Of a stretch of 64,000 bases of DNA, positions 28,056 to 37,183 are shown in pieces. The translations under genes and the position numbers were made by a program. Origin of the DNA: Candidatus Latescibacterota bacterium (GTDB lineage: Bacteria > Latescibacterota > UBA2968 > UBA8231). The stretch spans positions 1,504,001 through 1,568,000 of the forward strand of contig OZ241867.1 in NCBI GenBank assembly GCA_965203175.1, read 5' to 3'. A model generated the notes under the pieces. That model saw nothing but the letters and a program-made list of their open reading frames with translations, made no database searches and had not been told where the DNA came from. Positions within the stretch are counted from its first letter, which is position 1; every line of letters starts with the position of its first letter.

Positions 28056-28634
28056 ATGGCCCTTCAACGCTGCCCGTGGCTCGACCTCGACAAACCCGAT
28101 TACGTCGCGTACCACGACCGCGAGTGGGGCGTCCCAGTCCACGACGACCGCAAGCACTTCGAGTTTCTCACCCTCGAATCCGCCCAAGCCGGCCTCAGTT
28201 GGTACACCGTCCTTCGCAAGCGAGCCAACTACCGCCAAGCCTTCGCCGAATTCGATCCCGCCAAGGTCGCCCGCTTCAGCGCGGTTACGGTCGAACAAAT
28301 GCTCCAAGACCCCGGGCTCATTCGCAACCGCCGCAAGATTGGCGCGGCCGTAGAAAACGCCCGGCACTTCCTCGCCGTGCAGGACGAATTCGGCAGCTTC
28401 AGCGCCTATATCTGGCGCTTTGTCGATGGCGAGCCAATAGTCAACGAGTTTCGCACTCTCGCCGATTTACCAGCCACCAGCCGCGAATCCGATGCCTTGA
28501 GCAAAGACCTCAAAAGCCGCGGTTTCAAATTCATCGGCTCGACCGTCATCTACGCCCACATGCAGGCCACCGGCATGGTCAACGACCACGTACTCGACTG
28601 CTTCCGCCGCAGTCAGATTCTCAACGCGGGATAG
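28056..28634 (+). CDS. tag: DNA-3-methyladenine glycosylase I
   Basis: RCPW, YHDREWG, LESAQAGLSW, IRNRRKI, GFKFIG, QATGMVNDH..C. Confidence 0.95.
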   Translation: MALQRCPWLDLDKPDYVAYHDREWGVPVHDDRKHFEFLTLESAQAGLSWYTVLRKRANYRQAFAEFDPAKVARFSAVTVEQMLQDPGLIRNRRKIGAAVENARHFLAVQDEFGSFSAYIWRFVDGEPIVNEFRTLADLPATSRESDALSKDLKSRGFKFIGSTVIYAHMQATGMVNDHVLDCFRRSQILNAG

Positions 28635-28754
28635 CACTCCCACCGTTTCCATGCTCAACAACGCACCCAATGCAGCAGTCTGAAAAATTGTCAAACTAGC
28701 GCGGCTTGCGTATCGTTTCCGACCCAACCCCTTCACCCCACCAAGGAGCCTCTC

Positions 28755-29753
28755 ATGCACGTCGGCACCCAGCAGTTCAATACATCGGACGAAGACCTCG
28801 AATATCTGGCCCGTCACGGAGTCTTCAACAAGAACGAAAACTTCATTGCGTTCCACCGCGAATACGGTTGGGACGTCGAAGAGTTGGTCGCCAAGAAGGA
28901 GAAGTGCGCTCGCTTCGGCATCAATATGGAGATGGTCGCCCTGCCCATAGCCCAATTCAACGTCAACGGCGAGGCCGTCCCCAACTTCATGATGGGCAAC
29001 TACGAAGAGGGCGATAAGGAAATCAATCTAGTCATCAACATGGTGCGGCAGGCGGCCGAAGCCGGCATCCCTGCCATCAAATACTACCTCTGCGCCCTCG
29101 AAAACCAGCGCACCGAAAGCACGCCTCCCGGCCGCGGCGGCTCCATCTACAGCACTTGGGATCTCGAAAAGGCCGACGCCGATACGCCGCGCTACGACAA
29201 ACCAGTCACCGCAGAGGAAAACTGGCGTCGCATCACCTACTTCTTGGAGCGGGTCATCCCGGTCGCCACCGAGTGCAAGATCCGCATGGCCTGCCATCCC
29301 TGCGACCCCTGGCTACCGCCCGGCTATAGGAGCGTCGATCGCGTGATGGGGGGCTTTGACGGCTTCAAGCACTTTATCGAGATCTGTCCCAGCCCCTATC
29401 ACGGCGTCAATCTCTGCTTGGGCTGCATGGCCGAAAGCGTCGAAGACCCGCTCAACGAGGTCCCCGAGATCATCCGCTATTTAGGCTCGCGCAACAAGAT
29501 TTTTCTCTGCCACTTCCGCAACATCGTCGGCAAGCGCAACAAGTTTCAAGAGGTCTGGCCGGATGAAGGGGTGATGAACATGCACCGCAACATGCAGGCG
29601 CTCAAAGAAGTGGGCTACCAGCACATGTGCGTCCCCGATCACGCGCCCGGGCACAAGGATCCCCACAGTATGCGCCAAGCTTTCGCCTACGAGTTCGGCT
29701 ATATCCAAGCCATGATCCAAGCGGTGATGGACGAGAATGGAGCGAGCGCGTGA
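28755..29753 (+). CDS. uxuA: Mannonate dehydratase (UxuA)-like protein, second paralog
   Basis: FLERVIPVA.E..IRMACHPCDP, NLCLG, HFRNI.G, F.EVWPDEG, PDHAP, AFAYEFGYIQAMIQ. Confidence 0.8.
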   Translation: MHVGTQQFNTSDEDLEYLARHGVFNKNENFIAFHREYGWDVEELVAKKEKCARFGINMEMVALPIAQFNVNGEAVPNFMMGNYEEGDKEINLVINMVRQAAEAGIPAIKYYLCALENQRTESTPPGRGGSIYSTWDLEKADADTPRYDKPVTAEENWRRITYFLERVIPVATECKIRMACHPCDPWLPPGYRSVDRVMGGFDGFKHFIEICPSPYHGVNLCLGCMAESVEDPLNEVPEIIRYLGSRNKIFLCHFRNIVGKRNKFQEVWPDEGVMNMHRNMQALKEVGYQHMCVPDHAPGHKDPHSMRQAFAYEFGYIQAMIQAVMDENGASA

Positions 29754-29822
29754 CCACATTTTGCAGCGCAGAGACCGGCAAGGGGCTACTAGCGGCCTCT
29801 TGCCGATCTCGCTAGGTAGCCC

Positions 29823-30635
29823 ATGAACACCGCCCATCCACTGCGCGACATCGAGCGCATTGACGGGCCGCCCGGCCCGTATCTCGCAGCAATCGGCACC
29901 ATCTTTGCCACCTTCGGCGCGCCCACCCAAGACTCGGGCAATGTCTCCTATGGCGTGCAGGTCGGCGGCGAGCGCTTCTTCGTCAAAACCACCGATCCCG
30001 AGGCCGAGGTATTCGGCGACTACACCGCCCGCGTGGCGCTCCTGTACAATGCGGCTCGACTCAGGAGCAGTTGCAATCATCCGACCTTGCCAGCGCTGCA
30101 TCGCATCGTCGAAACTTCACACGGTCCGGCACTTGTGTACGACTGGATTGACGGCGAGTGCCTATACGGTGGACGCGACGATCCGCAATCGGCGCATCAG
30201 CGATTTCGCCACCTGCCCGCCGACGCCATTCTCGCTGTGCTCGACTCGATCTACGACTTGCACGTCCAGCTCGTCCGACTCGGGTGGATTGCCGTGGACT
30301 TCTACGATGGCTGTCTGATGTACGACTTCGAACGTCAAGCTGTGCACGTTGTGGATCTCGATAACTATCACTTGGGGGTATTCACCAATCAGATGGGGCG
30401 GATGTTTGGCTCGACTCGCTTTATGGCTCCAGAGGAATTCGAGCGCGGCGCGCTAATCGACGAGCGCACGACCGTCTTCACCATGGGCCGCACCGCATTC
30501 GTATGCCTCGGCGACGATATCGGCGGCGCGATGGAGGAGGTCGTACGCCGCGCCTGTCGCCAAGAGCGCGAAGCACGCTACCGCTCTATGGAGGAATTTT
30601 ACGCGGCTTGGCAGCAGGCGCGGCGGTTAGGATAG
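29823..30635 (+). CDS. Ser/Thr protein kinase-like protein (atypical catalytic loop)
   Basis: FFVK, LVYDW.DG, AVDFYDGCLMYD, VDLD, GSTRFMAPEE. Confidence 0.75.
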   Translation: MNTAHPLRDIERIDGPPGPYLAAIGTIFATFGAPTQDSGNVSYGVQVGGERFFVKTTDPEAEVFGDYTARVALLYNAARLRSSCNHPTLPALHRIVETSHGPALVYDWIDGECLYGGRDDPQSAHQRFRHLPADAILAVLDSIYDLHVQLVRLGWIAVDFYDGCLMYDFERQAVHVVDLDNYHLGVFTNQMGRMFGSTRFMAPEEFERGALIDERTTVFTMGRTAFVCLGDDIGGAMEEVVRRACRQEREARYRSMEEFYAAWQQARRLG

Positions 30636-30730
30636 GTTCCGTCTGCTGTATCCTTCAGGTACCAACGCCGTATCGCCTAGTTCCCATTCTGCACTTTAAC
30701 ATCCCCACCGGCCTCAGAGCACATCCCCGC

Positions 30731-30745
30731 TGGCACGGTTCTTGT
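30731..30745 (+). promoter_or_regulatory. Possible sigma54 -24/-12 element upstream of comM
   Basis: TGGCACG-GTTC-TTGT; correct spacing, but GT instead of GC at -12. Confidence 0.3.
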
Positions 30746-30777
30746 TTCCTGTTACCTATTTCAAGGAAAGGAACCGC

Positions 30778-32304
30778 ATGCCCTCCACTGTCCTCTCGGC
30801 CGCCACGCTCGGGATTGACGCGTACCCGGTCCACGTCGAAGTCGATACCGACCGCAGCTTGCCGACCTTCACAGTCGTCGGCCTGCCCGACTCCGCAGTG
30901 CGCGAAAGCAAGGAGCGCGTCTTGGCGGCCATCAAAAACGCCGGCTATCAGTGGCCGCGCCGCAAGGTCACCATCAATCTCGCACCGGCCGATCGCAAAA
31001 AGGAAGGCTCGGCTTTTGACCTGCCCATAGCCGTCGGCGTCTTGGCGGCCTCCCGGCAGATCAAGCCCCTGGGGCTCGCCGAGTTCGCGCTCTTGGGCGA
31101 GTTATCGCTCAACGGCAACGTGCGCCCGGTGCACGGCATGCTTTCCATGGCCACATCCCTGCACCAGCAGGGCCTCTACGGCATGATCGTGCCGACGCAA
31201 AACGCCCGCGAGGCCGCCATCGCCAATGGACCGCTCGTCTATGGCGTCAGTTCGCTGAGCGAAGCCCTAGCCATTTTGACCGGCGACGCGCGCCAACGGC
31301 CCTACGAATTAAACGTGGAGGAAGTATTTCGCAGCAACGCCAACTACGGGGTTGACTTTGCGGACGTGCGCGGCCAAGATCACGCCAAGCGCGCCCTCGA
31401 AGTCGCCGCTAGCGGAGGGCACAATTTGCTCATGGTCGGGCCGCCTGGGTCGGGCAAGACCATGCTCGCCCGCCGCCTACCCACGATCCTCCCAGCGCCA
31501 ACCCTGCAAGAGGCGCTCGCCACCACCAAGATCCATTCAGTCGCTGGCGTCCTGTCCCCAGGCCAAGCCCTAGTCGCCACCCGGCCCTTCCGCGCCCCGC
31601 ACCACACCATCTCGGACGCTGGCCTCATCGGCGGCGGCGCATATCCCCGCCCGGGCGAGGTGTCGCTCTCCCATCACGGCGTGCTCTTCCTAGACGAGCT
31701 GCCCGAGTTCCGCCGCAACGTCGTCGAGGCCCTGCGCCAGCCGCTCGAAGACCACGCCGTCACCATCACGCGGGCGCAGATCGCGATCGCCTATCCAGCG
31801 GATTTTACCCTCGTCGCAGCGATGAATCCCTGCCCTTGCGGCTATCTTTCGGACGCCCGCCGCACCTGTACCTGCTCTCCGGCCGCAATCCGCCGCTATC
31901 GCGCGCGCGTTTCCGGGCCGCTCCTCGACCGCATCGACATCCACATCGAAGTGCCAGCCCTCGCCTACGACGACTTGGCCAACAAGCAAAGCGGCGAAGA
32001 TTCAGCGCAAATCCGCCAGCGCGTCAACGCCGCCCGCCAGCGGCAACTCGACCGCTTTGCCGGTGAGCTATTCTGCAACGCCCAGATGAGCACGCGGCAC
32101 ATCCGCCGCCACTGCTCGCTCGACGACGCCGGGCAAGCCCTCCTTGAAAAAGCCATGTCCCGCCTCGGCCTCTCAGCCCGCGCCTACGACCGCATCCTCA
32201 AAGTCGCCCGCACCATAGCCGACTTAGCCGACGCCCCGATCCAATCGCAGCATCTAGCGGAGGCCATACAATATCGAGCACTGGATCGCAGTGGTCTTCA
32301 GTAG
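30778..32304 (+). CDS. comM: YifB/ComM Mg-chelatase-like AAA+ ATPase (competence helicase)
   Basis: [74 protein letters not shown]...VARTIADL. Confidence 0.93.
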   Translation: MPSTVLSAATLGIDAYPVHVEVDTDRSLPTFTVVGLPDSAVRESKERVLAAIKNAGYQWPRRKVTINLAPADRKKEGSAFDLPIAVGVLAASRQIKPLGLAEFALLGELSLNGNVRPVHGMLSMATSLHQQGLYGMIVPTQNAREAAIANGPLVYGVSSLSEALAILTGDARQRPYELNVEEVFRSNANYGVDFADVRGQDHAKRALEVAASGGHNLLMVGPPGSGKTMLARRLPTILPAPTLQEALATTKIHSVAGVLSPGQALVATRPFRAPHHTISDAGLIGGGAYPRPGEVSLSHHGVLFLDELPEFRRNVVEALRQPLEDHAVTITRAQIAIAYPADFTLVAAMNPCPCGYLSDARRTCTCSPAAIRRYRARVSGPLLDRIDIHIEVPALAYDDLANKQSGEDSAQIRQRVNAARQRQLDRFAGELFCNAQMSTRHIRRHCSLDDAGQALLEKAMSRLGLSARAYDRILKVARTIADLADAPIQSQHLAEAIQYRALDRSGLQ

Positions 32305-32418
32305 CCTTAGTGGCGGCAGCGGCCAACGCGGGCCAAGGGGTCGAGGTTTGAATAAAAAATCTTGACGAATGAACGGATTCTTAACTCTATCTTATGGCAA
32401 CAAATACGAGGTAGCATC

Positions 32419-32616
32419 GTGAGTGAGTCACTGCCGCCCGAGCGGCCCTATCCATTAGACCACGAGGGACGCATCGCCCGGTTGGAAGGTATTATCGAGC
32501 AAATCGATGTCCGGCTAGGCCGCGTCGAAACCAAAATCGACAGCCTTTTACGGTGGATCATTGCCCTGCAAGTGACGACCTGGGGCCTCATCGGAGCCTT
32601 AAAGCTGTTCGGCTAG
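32419..32616 (+). CDS. Small coiled-coil protein with C-terminal membrane anchor
   Basis: GTG start after GAGGT; RIARLEGIIEQIDVRLGRVETKIDSLLRW plus hydrophobic tail. Confidence 0.6.
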   Translation: MSESLPPERPYPLDHEGRIARLEGIIEQIDVRLGRVETKIDSLLRWIIALQVTTWGLIGALKLFG

Positions 32617-32660
32617 CGGGCGTGGCAGGTGGAGAACCCACGTCTGAGAAGGAACCAACC

Positions 32661-33590
32661 ATGGCCCCTAGTCCCGACCCGCGCATTCCCTGGTACACTC
32701 CCGTCGGCGAAATAACCGTCGAAAAGCACACCCCAGACAAACCCCACCAAGGCAAGGTGCTGGCCGCCGTCCAAGCCCACGCCGACGATATTCCCCTCTT
32801 CTGCGCCGGCCTCGTCGCCAAGCTCATCGCCGAAGGCTACACGGCTTATTTAATCCAGACCACCAACGACGAGAAGTGCGGGCCGGGCACGATGGGCGAG
32901 ACTATCCTCCAGAACGAGCGCGAAGTCGACGTGCTCGCCGGAGAGTTGGGCTTCAAACAGGTTATCCACCTCGGCTACCGCAATCACTTTCTCGACGAAG
33001 CCGCCCCCACCGAGCTGAGAGCCCGGCTGGTCTTTCTGATCCGCGCCCTCAAAATCGACACCATCACCACGTTCAGTCCTTGGGGCCACTGGGAAGAAAA
33101 TCCCGATCACTACGTCACCGGCCAAGCCGTCGAAGCGGCGCGCTGGATGGCTGGCATGAACAAGGATTATCCCGAACAACTCGCCTGCGGCATGCAGCCT
33201 CACTCGGTCAAAGACCTCTACTACTGGACCTGCCGCCCCGGGCAGCCCTACAACACCGTCGTCGATATAGCGCCTCATCTCGACGCAAAGGTCGCCGCCA
33301 TGAGCGCCAACAAGGCCCAAGGGCCAGCGGGTGCCCACGGCCGCCGCCTCAAGGAATGGCTAGCGCGTCAGGGCAAGTACCTACCCGCCTTGGGAGACGA
33401 CGACGAGGGAGCCGACCGCCAGTACATCCGCCTCTTTGGCTTGCGTGAATACCAACGCCTCGGCGAGCCCTATGGCTTGGACTACGCCGAGGCGTTCTAC
33501 TACATGCCGCCCAGCGGAACCTTTACCGGCGCGATGAGCGCAGCGGGCATCGAGCGCTACATCGCAGAGCACGCCGAGGACTTGGGATGA
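32661..33590 (+). CDS. PIG-L/LmbE-family deacetylase
   Basis: VLAAVQAHADD, GYTAYLIQTTN, LGF..V..LGY, ENPDH, VVDI....K, YAEAF. Confidence 0.85.
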   Translation: MAPSPDPRIPWYTPVGEITVEKHTPDKPHQGKVLAAVQAHADDIPLFCAGLVAKLIAEGYTAYLIQTTNDEKCGPGTMGETILQNEREVDVLAGELGFKQVIHLGYRNHFLDEAAPTELRARLVFLIRALKIDTITTFSPWGHWEENPDHYVTGQAVEAARWMAGMNKDYPEQLACGMQPHSVKDLYYWTCRPGQPYNTVVDIAPHLDAKVAAMSANKAQGPAGAHGRRLKEWLARQGKYLPALGDDDEGADRQYIRLFGLREYQRLGEPYGLDYAEAFYYMPPSGTFTGAMSAAGIERYIAEHAEDLG

Positions 33591-33701
33591 TAGGCGTCGG
33601 ATCGCGTGTTGCGGAACAGAGACTGGAAGACGCCGAGCCGTTTACAGTTTGATAGTGGTTTCTTTAAATTTGCCCGTACAACGAATTGGGGAGAAACCGC
33701 G

Positions 33702-34586
33702 ATGAAACTCACGACCGAACAGATCGCAGAATTCAACACCCGCGGCGTCATCATCGCCCGCGAGGTGCTCACCCACGACGACTTGCAGCCAGTCATCGAC
33801 GAACTGTCGGCGTGGATCGACGCCCGCGCGCGGACACTACATGACGAGGGCGAAATAGCGGACCTGCACGAGGACGCCCCGTTTGCCACGCGCTACGGCT
33901 TGCTGTTCAAACAGTGCCCTGAGATCGGGCACGGCATGGATATCATGCACTATCGGGGGCGGGCGATGTTCGAGTTTTTGCGCAACGAAAATCTGCTCGA
34001 CCTTATCGAATCCCTCTTAGGGCCCGAACTGATCTGCAACCCCATCCAGCACTTGCGAGCCAAGCCGCCGCAAGCCTACGAAAACCGCGAAGGCCCTTCT
34101 TTCCACAACGCGCCCTGGCACCAAGACGCCGGCGTGATGATGCCGGAAGCCGAAGGCTCTGACGTCGTCACCTGCTGGCTGCCTTTGGCCGAAGCCACGG
34201 TAGAGACCGGCTGCATGGAGGTCTTGCCCGGCCTCGTCGAGACCGGCTACCTCCGACATTTGGCAGCCGGCGGCACCACCATCGCCCCCGAGGCCATGCC
34301 CCACATCAAACCCCTCCCCTTGGAGTGCAAACGCGGCGACGTGGTGCTCATGAGCCGCTTTACGCCCCATCGCTCCACTCCCAATTACTCCAACCAATGC
34401 CGCTGGTCGCTGGACCTGCGCTACCAGCCCATCGGCCAGCACACCGGCCGCACCGGCCACCCCGACTTTGTCGCGCGCTCCCGCCGCGATCCGTCCATCG
34501 AGCTGACCGACTACGAGGAATGGGGCCGCTTGTGGATCGACGCCTTTGAGAATCCCCGTGGCGTTGTCGCACACCGCGGGGAATAG
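33702..34586 (+). CDS. PhyH-family dioxygenase
   Basis: LTTEQIAEFNTRG, NPIQHLRAKPP, PWHQD, GDVVLM...TPHRS..N.S...RWSLDLRY; paralog of 23524-24495. Confidence 0.9.
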   Translation: MKLTTEQIAEFNTRGVIIAREVLTHDDLQPVIDELSAWIDARARTLHDEGEIADLHEDAPFATRYGLLFKQCPEIGHGMDIMHYRGRAMFEFLRNENLLDLIESLLGPELICNPIQHLRAKPPQAYENREGPSFHNAPWHQDAGVMMPEAEGSDVVTCWLPLAEATVETGCMEVLPGLVETGYLRHLAAGGTTIAPEAMPHIKPLPLECKRGDVVLMSRFTPHRSTPNYSNQCRWSLDLRYQPIGQHTGRTGHPDFVARSRRDPSIELTDYEEWGRLWIDAFENPRGVVAHRGE

Positions 34587-34600
34587 AGCGGCGGTATACC

Positions 34601-36181
34601 ATGGCCAAACCACGCATTTTTTTCGACCACGACGGTCGGCACCCGCTGATCTACATGTACGAGCCGCCGATGCAGAAAGAAGAGCTGGAGGCGGCGGTAG
34701 ACGAGTTGGTGGGGACGCCAGTCGAGGCACTGTCGCTAACCCTAGGCGATGCGCAGAGTCTGCTCTATGATTCGCAGGTGGGCGCGTTGTGGGGACGGGA
34801 TATAAAGAAGTGGCCGCATCTGATCTGGAAGCGGGCCAACCAGAATTTCACCCAATTGATCAAAGCCGGATGCGATCCGCTCCAGGTGCTCTGCGACAAA
34901 GCCCATGCCAATGGCCTGCTGCTCTACGCGATGCTATTGCCGCAGCAGGGACCGCGGGAGTTGATGTTGAAAAGCTGGGAAAATCCGCGCTTCGCCGCAG
35001 CCGAGCAGCGCGACCCGCAGCCGTTGGAGATCGGCAGCAAGGGCGGTGTGGACGCACAGTGGCCGGGGTATCGCGCGTGGGACTACGCTTGTGATGCAGT
35101 GCGCGAGCGGAATTTGGCGATTGTCGAGGAAGTGCTCGCGCGCTATCCCGTTGACGGTTTTGAGCTACAGCTCAATTACTGCCCCTATTATTTTCACCCC
35201 GATGAGATTGCGGCGGGGACAGGGATTATGACCGAGTGGATAGGTCGGGTTTACGCGGCTGTAAAAAAGAGCGATCCGGCACGAGAGTTGGTCCTGCGCG
35301 TGCCGGCAAATCTGGATGGATGCCGGGCGGTGGGGCTGGAGCCATTGGAGTGGATGCGCCGGGGCATTGTCGACGCGATCGTGCCCGAGGCATCGGGAGC
35401 GGCGGATCCGTCGGCGGATTTCAGCGCCTTCGTCAAAGTAGCACACGGGACGGCGTGTCGGGTCTTGCCGGCGTTACAGAGTCGGATCGACAGCGACCGG
35501 GTCGGTGAGGGGACGATCGAAATGGTGCGGGCAGGGGCTTGCAACTATTGGGCGCAGGGAGTCGATGGCCTCTATATCGCGCATTGGTTTGGCTGTTGGC
35601 CGTATAAGGCCGATTTCTACCAGAAACTGCGCGAGGTGCCCTTCCCCGAGACAATGGCGGCCAAGGACAAGATTTATCGAATCCCCGGCGAGGGCAGCGC
35701 GCCGGCACCGGAGGCGATTGCACCGAATGTCGCTAATCCGCTACCCATTGAGTTGGCAAAGGGGCAGGCGCTACAGGTGGGTTTTGCGGTGAGCGATGAT
35801 CTGAAAAAATGGGACAAGGTCAATCGGGTCCACGAAGTGATCTTGCGGGTGCGAGTGCAGGAGACGACGGAGCGGGACCGCTTGCGCTTTGTTTTTAACG
35901 GCAAAGAATTACCGCAATCGCTGCTGCGCAAAATCAATCAGATGTACGTGATGGGTGCGCCGCGCTATCGGGTTTTTGGCTATTGGTATGTCTTTCGTTT
36001 GCCCGAAAAATTCAGGCCGGTGCAGGGGTGGAATGTGCTGGAGGTCGAACTGCTCAAACGGGACGGGCAGGCGCTACCGGCTGTCGTATTGCGCGATGTA
36101 GAGCTGGAAATCAAGTACTTGATGGGGAAGAATTACCACCGGGGTTTGATCGATGCAGATCTGGGACCGGGTGAATTGTAG
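34601..36181 (+). CDS. Hypothetical glycoside-hydrolase-like TIM-barrel protein with C-terminal beta domain
   Basis: DPL..L...AH..GL, WDYA...VRE......EE....YPVDGFEL, W...G.VD.I, GVDGLY; C-terminal beta-sandwich-like segment (G.N.LEV). Confidence 0.6.
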   Translation: MAKPRIFFDHDGRHPLIYMYEPPMQKEELEAAVDELVGTPVEALSLTLGDAQSLLYDSQVGALWGRDIKKWPHLIWKRANQNFTQLIKAGCDPLQVLCDKAHANGLLLYAMLLPQQGPRELMLKSWENPRFAAAEQRDPQPLEIGSKGGVDAQWPGYRAWDYACDAVRERNLAIVEEVLARYPVDGFELQLNYCPYYFHPDEIAAGTGIMTEWIGRVYAAVKKSDPARELVLRVPANLDGCRAVGLEPLEWMRRGIVDAIVPEASGAADPSADFSAFVKVAHGTACRVLPALQSRIDSDRVGEGTIEMVRAGACNYWAQGVDGLYIAHWFGCWPYKADFYQKLREVPFPETMAAKDKIYRIPGEGSAPAPEAIAPNVANPLPIELAKGQALQVGFAVSDDLKKWDKVNRVHEVILRVRVQETTERDRLRFVFNGKELPQSLLRKINQMYVMGAPRYRVFGYWYVFRLPEKFRPVQGWNVLEVELLKRDGQALPAVVLRDVELEIKYLMGKNYHRGLIDADLGPGEL

Positions 36182-36204
36182 CTCTGCACGGGGGCCTAGG
36201 TAAT

Positions 36205-36263
36205 GCTTGTGGATCGACGCCTTTGAGAATCCTCGCGGCGTTGTCATGCACCGAGGCGAATAA
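36205..36263 (+). repeat. Diverged direct-repeat copy of the last 59 nt of the PhyH gene (34528-34586)
   Basis: 51/59 identity, first 28 nt identical; encodes LWIDAFENPRGVVMHRGE* vs LWIDAFENPRGVVAHRGE*. Confidence 0.92.
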
Positions 36264-36430
36264 CGTGATTGTACAAGCGACTCCCTCACCATTTCGCGTG
36301 ACCAATGGGTGGAAAACCGGGCGTTCTCGGCGGCAAGCAGACGCAGATTGACGCTTTCTAAGCTGCATTACAACTTAAGAAACCCGACTATCGCCTTTTA
36401 GGATGACGATTACCGCGCCAGCAAATCCGC

Positions 36431-36452
36431 TATCTTGCCAATATCTTGCCAA
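36431..36452. repeat. Perfect 11-bp tandem direct repeat TATCTTGCCAA x2
   Basis: Read directly at 36431-36441 and 36442-36452 in a long lower-GC intergenic region. Confidence 0.8.
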
Positions 36453-36722
36453 AGAAACGGCGCGGCGGCAACGCGGGAAAAAATTCATTCGGTATTGACA
36501 TTTGGGCACATTATATTCGGGGCGGACAGCGGCAGGCTTTGCGCAGGTACCAGAGACGTATCAGCCGAGGAACTCACGGAGATTGAGGCGACAGGCGCTG
36601 GTGGGGGAAGGTAGCCCATTGTCAAAGTACTCTGAAAGGTGTTGGCACGGATGTCAAAGAAACCCACTGCTAGATATGAAGCGTCTATATAATCCATATC
36701 TATATGTGAAAGGAGCCGTTGC

Positions 36723-37169
36723 ATGACACGGGATAGAACGCGTAGCAACGGGGGAAATGAGCCGAGCATTGAGATTGTCGAGTTTTCTTTTAAGCAGGGC
36801 AGTGAAGACGCAAAGGAAGAGGACCTCGCCGACGCCTTACGCGATCTTCAAGAGATAAACGACGAGGCCGACGAAGAAGGAATGCAGCCACCTTCTGAAT
36901 TGGCTATCGCCAATGCGGATTGTCTGATACGAGAAATCTATGACATATTGCCACGTCAATATCTGGTGGAACTCCTGCCGGAAGGGGTTATTGCTATCAC
37001 CGTTCCCGGCGGATTTCGGTGTTCAGTTATGTTGTTATGCGAATCTGAGGGCGGAATACTGTGCTCTGTTAATATGAACGGCAAACATCAGCGTAAACGG
37101 TATACACATGTGGACCAACTGCCGGATAGATTTCTGAGTGACGCCTTGAGTAAACTGGGACGGGAGTAA
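36723..37169 (+). CDS. Hypothetical acidic protein (putative antitoxin/partner)
   Basis: RBS AGGAG at 36711; 148 aa; PPSELAIANA..LI..., PEGVIAI; lower GC than host. Confidence 0.7.
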   Translation: MTRDRTRSNGGNEPSIEIVEFSFKQGSEDAKEEDLADALRDLQEINDEADEEGMQPPSELAIANADCLIREIYDILPRQYLVELLPEGVIAITVPGGFRCSVMLLCESEGGILCSVNMNGKHQRKRYTHVDQLPDRFLSDALSKLGRE

Positions 37170-37183
37170 GTTAGTTGGCTCAC

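Noticed and set aside
36495-36517. TTGACA...TATATT promoter upstream of the two-gene module
   Set aside because: The spacer is only 11 nt, incompatible with sigma70 geometry.
36502-36726. 74-aa ORF overlapping the 36723 start (ATGA)
   Set aside because: TTG start, no RBS and no recognisable features; a short leader peptide cannot be excluded but is unsupported.
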